Assembly (NCBI GenBank): GCA_023231475.1
Contig: JALJEE010000318.1
Location: forward strand, 1 to 42,720
DNA: 42,720 nt
Origin: Seison nebaliae
Lineage: Eukaryota
Reading direction: 5' to 3'
Below are positions 38,536 to 42,720 of this stretch, piece by piece (position 1 is the stretch's first letter; every line of letters starts with the position of its first letter). The position numbers and the translations under genes were made by a program. The notes under the pieces are model-generated. The model was not told where the DNA came from, ran no database searches, and was given only the letters and a program-made list of their open reading frames with translations.

Positions 38536-40154
38536 GTATTTAAACTCTCACCATATTATTCTTCCATTTAAAATATTAATAATAATGAAACTAATCACTT
38601 AATATTCAATAAATCATTTCACTTAATTCTTAAACATTCCGTATATCTTTATAATTCTTCGTTGTACATATTTCGAAATATCATCCCGAAATCTATATTC
38701 CTCCTATGCAAACCATATTATAAATTTACTATGTTAACATCGAAGCGAACATTCGAGGAAATTAACATTCATAAGTAACGTAGAAATGGTGGAGTCATTA
38801 TATATGTGAAAGACAAATAAAATATTAGAACAATAATTCGTTGTTACATATATTCCGCCTTCATACAAAACACGCAATATCTAATCTGTGATTTTTAACC
38901 AGAAAATTAAACGTATAATTACTAATTAAATTCTTTTCATTAACCTACATTTCGAACATGAAACCAGAAGGAAAAATAAATTTTCATTTAATCAAATTTT
39001 TTGTTTATCATCTGAATATGAGTTGATGTGGAAAGAAGGAATTAGAGAAATAAGAAAAGGCGAATGGAAGGAATAAGAACGACGAATTTCATATTGTCGT
39101 CTTAAACAAATACAATAATATTATTATTGTTCACTACACATGCAAATTTACTTTAGAGAGGACTGAATAAAAATATATATTTTCTTCCAAAGTTGCATGT
39201 CACTCAATGCAATTCCCCTCCTACCTACTCCTTAACGACAAAATCAAATAAAAACAAATAGAAAAATTTTCAACTATTTCTTTCTTCTCATAAGACAAAA
39301 AATTAATTTCATATCCATTCATCTTACCATTATTTCTGGTATAACATCGCATAATATACATTTCGTCAATTCTTATCAAGAAAAATACGTTCAAATTATA
39401 CAAATTTATAATCATTTTCATTATCATTATTATACTCCTTATTCTATTTTCCCGTATAACAAATCATTTTTATCCATGAAAATTCACTGGATGTTCTCCA
39501 TCAGTTTCCCACCTTCCTCTCATCTTGACATATAATCTAAACAAAATTCTTATTCAAAAATCAAGCATAAACATAAAAACATGATAATTAATAATTTTTT
39601 ATTATTTTAGAGATGCTAATCTAATTTACTTTCCTCTTTACAAAATTCTTCTTTACTACTAATTGTTGAGGTGTTTTAGGAAATAACGGATGAGAAAATA
39701 TTCACACATCTTATTAGAGCAACGTTAGACAATTTAAAAAATTGGCTTTCATTTCATATGGAATTTTCTATTAAAATATCAACATTCAACTCTTATCTAA
39801 TAAATTCTATCAATAAATTAATTCTCTAACGATTATAACGGAAATTATAATTTAATCAGTAACATCTATCATTTAGAATAAAGAATTGTATTTTAATTAT
39901 CATAGACTATTTCTTTTTCTGTCAGTAAGAAAAAAAAAGGAAATGACAATATACTATATTGAATATAGTAAATTCGATAAGAAAAGAAAGAAGATTAGTA
40001 AATGAAGTCGAAAGAAAAATAATTGAACAATATAAATATTAATGATCTGTCTGTCTATGTGTTCGTTCATATTATTATTTCTTATTATTTAGCGCTCACT
40101 TTCTTTCTAAGAAATTCGTCCTTGTATTTTGAAAATACTATTTTCTATTCACAT

Positions 40155-40685
40155 ATGGAATCGGTTGAAATGAATAAAATAGAATCTTTATCGAAAGCGC
40201 ATACGATAACTAATGATGGTCTATTGTTCATTGAAGCTGCTCAAACGGAATTAGATTGTGAATCGCTCAACTTTGAAAGCCAGACGTTAGACGATCTAAT
40301 CATTCAGATGGATGACATGCATACGTCAAACGAGTCGTTCGATGCATCGTTGAATTCAGACGAAGTGACTGAAATTGATTTGACTTCTAAACACATAGGA
40401 CTCAAGAAGAAATGTGGAAAGAATAGCAAAACGAAGAGATTAGAACGCTTATTCTACATGTTCAATTCATGGAGGATTTTATGTTCGATTAAAAAGAAAA
40501 TAAATAAACATCATCGATTATTTCAAGAAAATGATTTTAAATCGAAGACATTAAAGAAAGGGTTCATTGAATATGAGGAAGAGTTAGTTCGTTCGAATAA
40601 TGGTCAATTTACAACTTTTCATATAGATAGTTCTGAGGTTGAATATTTGTATGAATTTATGAAAAATAATATTATTAATACTTAA
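40155..40685 (+). CDS. Hypothetical protein, 176 aa (acidic N-terminal half, basic C-terminal half)
   Basis: Long open frame; the first ATG (MESVEMNK) is at 40155. No family recognised. Confidence 0.55.
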   Translation: MESVEMNKIESLSKAHTITNDGLLFIEAAQTELDCESLNFESQTLDDLIIQMDDMHTSNESFDASLNSDEVTEIDLTSKHIGLKKKCGKNSKTKRLERLFYMFNSWRILCSIKKKINKHHRLFQENDFKSKTLKKGFIEYEEELVRSNNGQFTTFHIDSSEVEYLYEFMKNNIINT

Positions 40686-40790
40686 TATTTTCATTAAAAA
40701 ATATTCGTTTCATTAAAATTCTTCTTACTATTCTTCTTGCTTCCAAGAACAATTATCTGATATACGAAATATACGGAAATTTTGAAGGAA

Positions 40791-41219
40791 TTAATATGTA
40801 ACTTTTTTTAATTTTCCATTTTTATCTTCTACAAGACATGCGTCTTTCTTTTTGATCGGCGATATTATTTCTATGTATACCAATGACTGTGAACAATTAA
40901 TATTACTCGGTGGTTCCATATACGATGTACTCTCCAATGCCGTTAAGGACCAACTTCGATTTATTGACGATTCTTTGTCCAAAAAAGTTTGGAATGTCGT
41001 TCTCGATTTTACTTTACTTGAATTCCTTTTCCTTACCGATAGACATTTAGGACCATCAGATAAACCAGTAATTCCAAATTTGTAATGGTTAACGTCATAC
41101 TAATTATTAATAAAACATTTCAATTTTTTATTTAATTAAAATAAAATACTAACTCTTTTCTTTCTTCTTGTTATCCGAGAAATAAAATCTGAAAAATTAT
41201 TTTTCAATTTATTTGACAT
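40791..41219 (-). CDS. Hypothetical basic protein, 124 aa, 2 coding exons (41219-41154, 41099-40791)
   Basis: MSNKLKNNFSDFISRITRRKKR is joined by a 54-nt GTTAGT..TAG intron to YDVNHYKFGITGLSDGPKCLSVRKRNSSKVKSRTTFQTFLDKESS...KKVTY*. Confidence 0.55.
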
Positions 41220-41587
41220 TTTCCTAAAAAGAATCGGAACAAGAGAGATAGTTAAACATGTCTCTTTTCGGAACACGGTGCTTTCGTTACACTATTTTTT
41301 GCCGTTATTTTTTTTTCTAAAAATGGTGATTTTGCAACTTTTTCATGTACAAACTTTCAATTAGCTACCCTATTCTTAAATTTTTTGAACTTCATTAAAT
41401 CTTCATTACTATATATATCACTGCCAATGAGTTCGCCATTCTTCTTATGTAGAACTATATAGAACTTCGCATAGTGATAGAACATTATTTACCACCCACG
41501 AAAATTATTTTTACTAAGGTGCATGGATAGTCAAAGTATAATGCGCACATTAATTTAAAAAAAAGTATACAGTACAAAAGCTATATG

Positions 41588-42270
41588 TTATTATTATTAT
41601 TATTTATTAAAGAAATTCCCGTCGGAATAAATTTGAAAAATAAATAAAAAAATTTCGATCTTCGCCAACATCGATCAATCGGTGTAATTCGGTAAGAGAA
41701 TCCCGATCGATTAGTATAGAATCTGAGGGATAGTAAGAAAAAATGAAATTTCGGAAATCTTGAGATCAATGGTTGAGCCAAGAAAGATGGTGGAAGATTT
41801 AAGTGGAATCGACGAGAAAGGTCGTAAACCGGTTGATAGTAGACAACATTTAGAAGGATTTATAGATACACCTCGTTGTGTAAAAAGTGATGAAAGAGAT
41901 CGATACGATTGTTTTAGATGGCGGAGAGAACGATCTACAATCACGATGTCATCTGCGTAGGCTATGATGATACTTAAAAATGAACCCGAAACTTAAGATC
42001 ATAAATAGAAGAAAAGTTCGAGATAGGAAGACGTGAAAAACGTTGATGAAAACGGTAGCAGACGAATGGTTGCGAGAATGGAAAGATGTTCCTTGAAACG
42101 AAGAAAAGTGCGTTCTACAGAAGAGGTAACTTCGAGCGAGAAACCGAAGTTTTTTCGGAGATCCGATTCGAAGATATCCGAATATCGTTCACTTCCGTCG
42201 TTTGAATGAATGAAGCGGTAATTTCGAGGATTCAATGACATCAGTTTGACAGCCGATTTCGTGCTTCGTT
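41588..42270 (-). mobile_element. Degenerate non-LTR retrotransposon (LINE) reverse-transcriptase remnant
   Basis: IIAYADDIVIV (YADD at 41959-41948) followed by RGVSINPSKC and IFLGS (LINE RT motifs 5-7), with upstream LNPRNYRFI (NYRPI-like). Frames are broken and much is deleted. It ends in AATAAA plus (TAA)n on the minus strand at 41610-41588. Confidence 0.8.
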
Positions 42271-42720
42271 GTAGGTATTACGCTCTTACTAGGTAAAGAA
42301 TATTTTGTAAAGTGACTCACAATAATAATAATAAAGAGATTTTGATATATTCAATAATAATGACGTTCTGCTACGAAGAGTAGATAATTATCCGATTAAT
42401 TTTAAAAATATTTACTGAACTTCTGAAATTTTGTTTAGGCGTATATGTGATATTTTCAATTTAAAATTTCCCTAATCAAATATATCTCCAAATTGGAAAT
42501 CAAGAATTGGAATTGATTGAAAATTAATTCCTAAAATTGAATTGCAATATTGAATATTAAGATAAACGAACTGTATAAAATTGGTGGCAAATATTGTATG
42601 AATCAAAATTTGCATAGTAAAATAATAATTCTTATTTTGAAAGGATTCTAATTCGATTTTCAACATTGAATATGTTTAATCTTATAATTTCAATCTTAAT
42701 TGTGACACTCGCAATCTTCC

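Noticed and set aside
38731..38768. Short hairpin ATGTTAA...TTAACAT
   Set aside because: Weak AT-rich pairing expected by chance, with no ncRNA motifs.
42472..42720. 64-aa minus-strand ORF at the window edge
   Set aside because: It may be the tail of a gene extending beyond the window, but there is no motif and no resolvable exon structure.

Overview
AT-rich, gene-dense eukaryotic (animal-like) genomic DNA read in the standard nuclear code, with very short spliceosomal introns (mostly about 43-70 nt). Left to right: a degenerate Merlin/IS1595-type DNA transposon with imperfect terminal inverted repeats; Cdc42; a pitchfork/CIMAP3-like ciliary protein; a catalytically dead neprilysin (M13)-like gene; a 92-aa single-pass membrane protein missed by the ORF track; transportin-3; FAF1; an unknown coiled-coil gene; a large type I membrane protein; a possible copia integrase relic; a highly divergent USP-type deubiquitinase with an uninterrupted CDS; a roughly 2056-aa RNF19/Dorfin RBR ligase with huge in-frame insertions; several small unknown genes; and a LINE RT remnant. 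The most striking pattern is that nearly every intron I could reconstruct by hand starts GTT (T at +3) rather than the usual GTR, often with AAG acceptors, which suggests a lineage-specific change in 5' splice-site recognition. All family assignments come from motif recognition by eye; no database searches were run and the organism is not identified.
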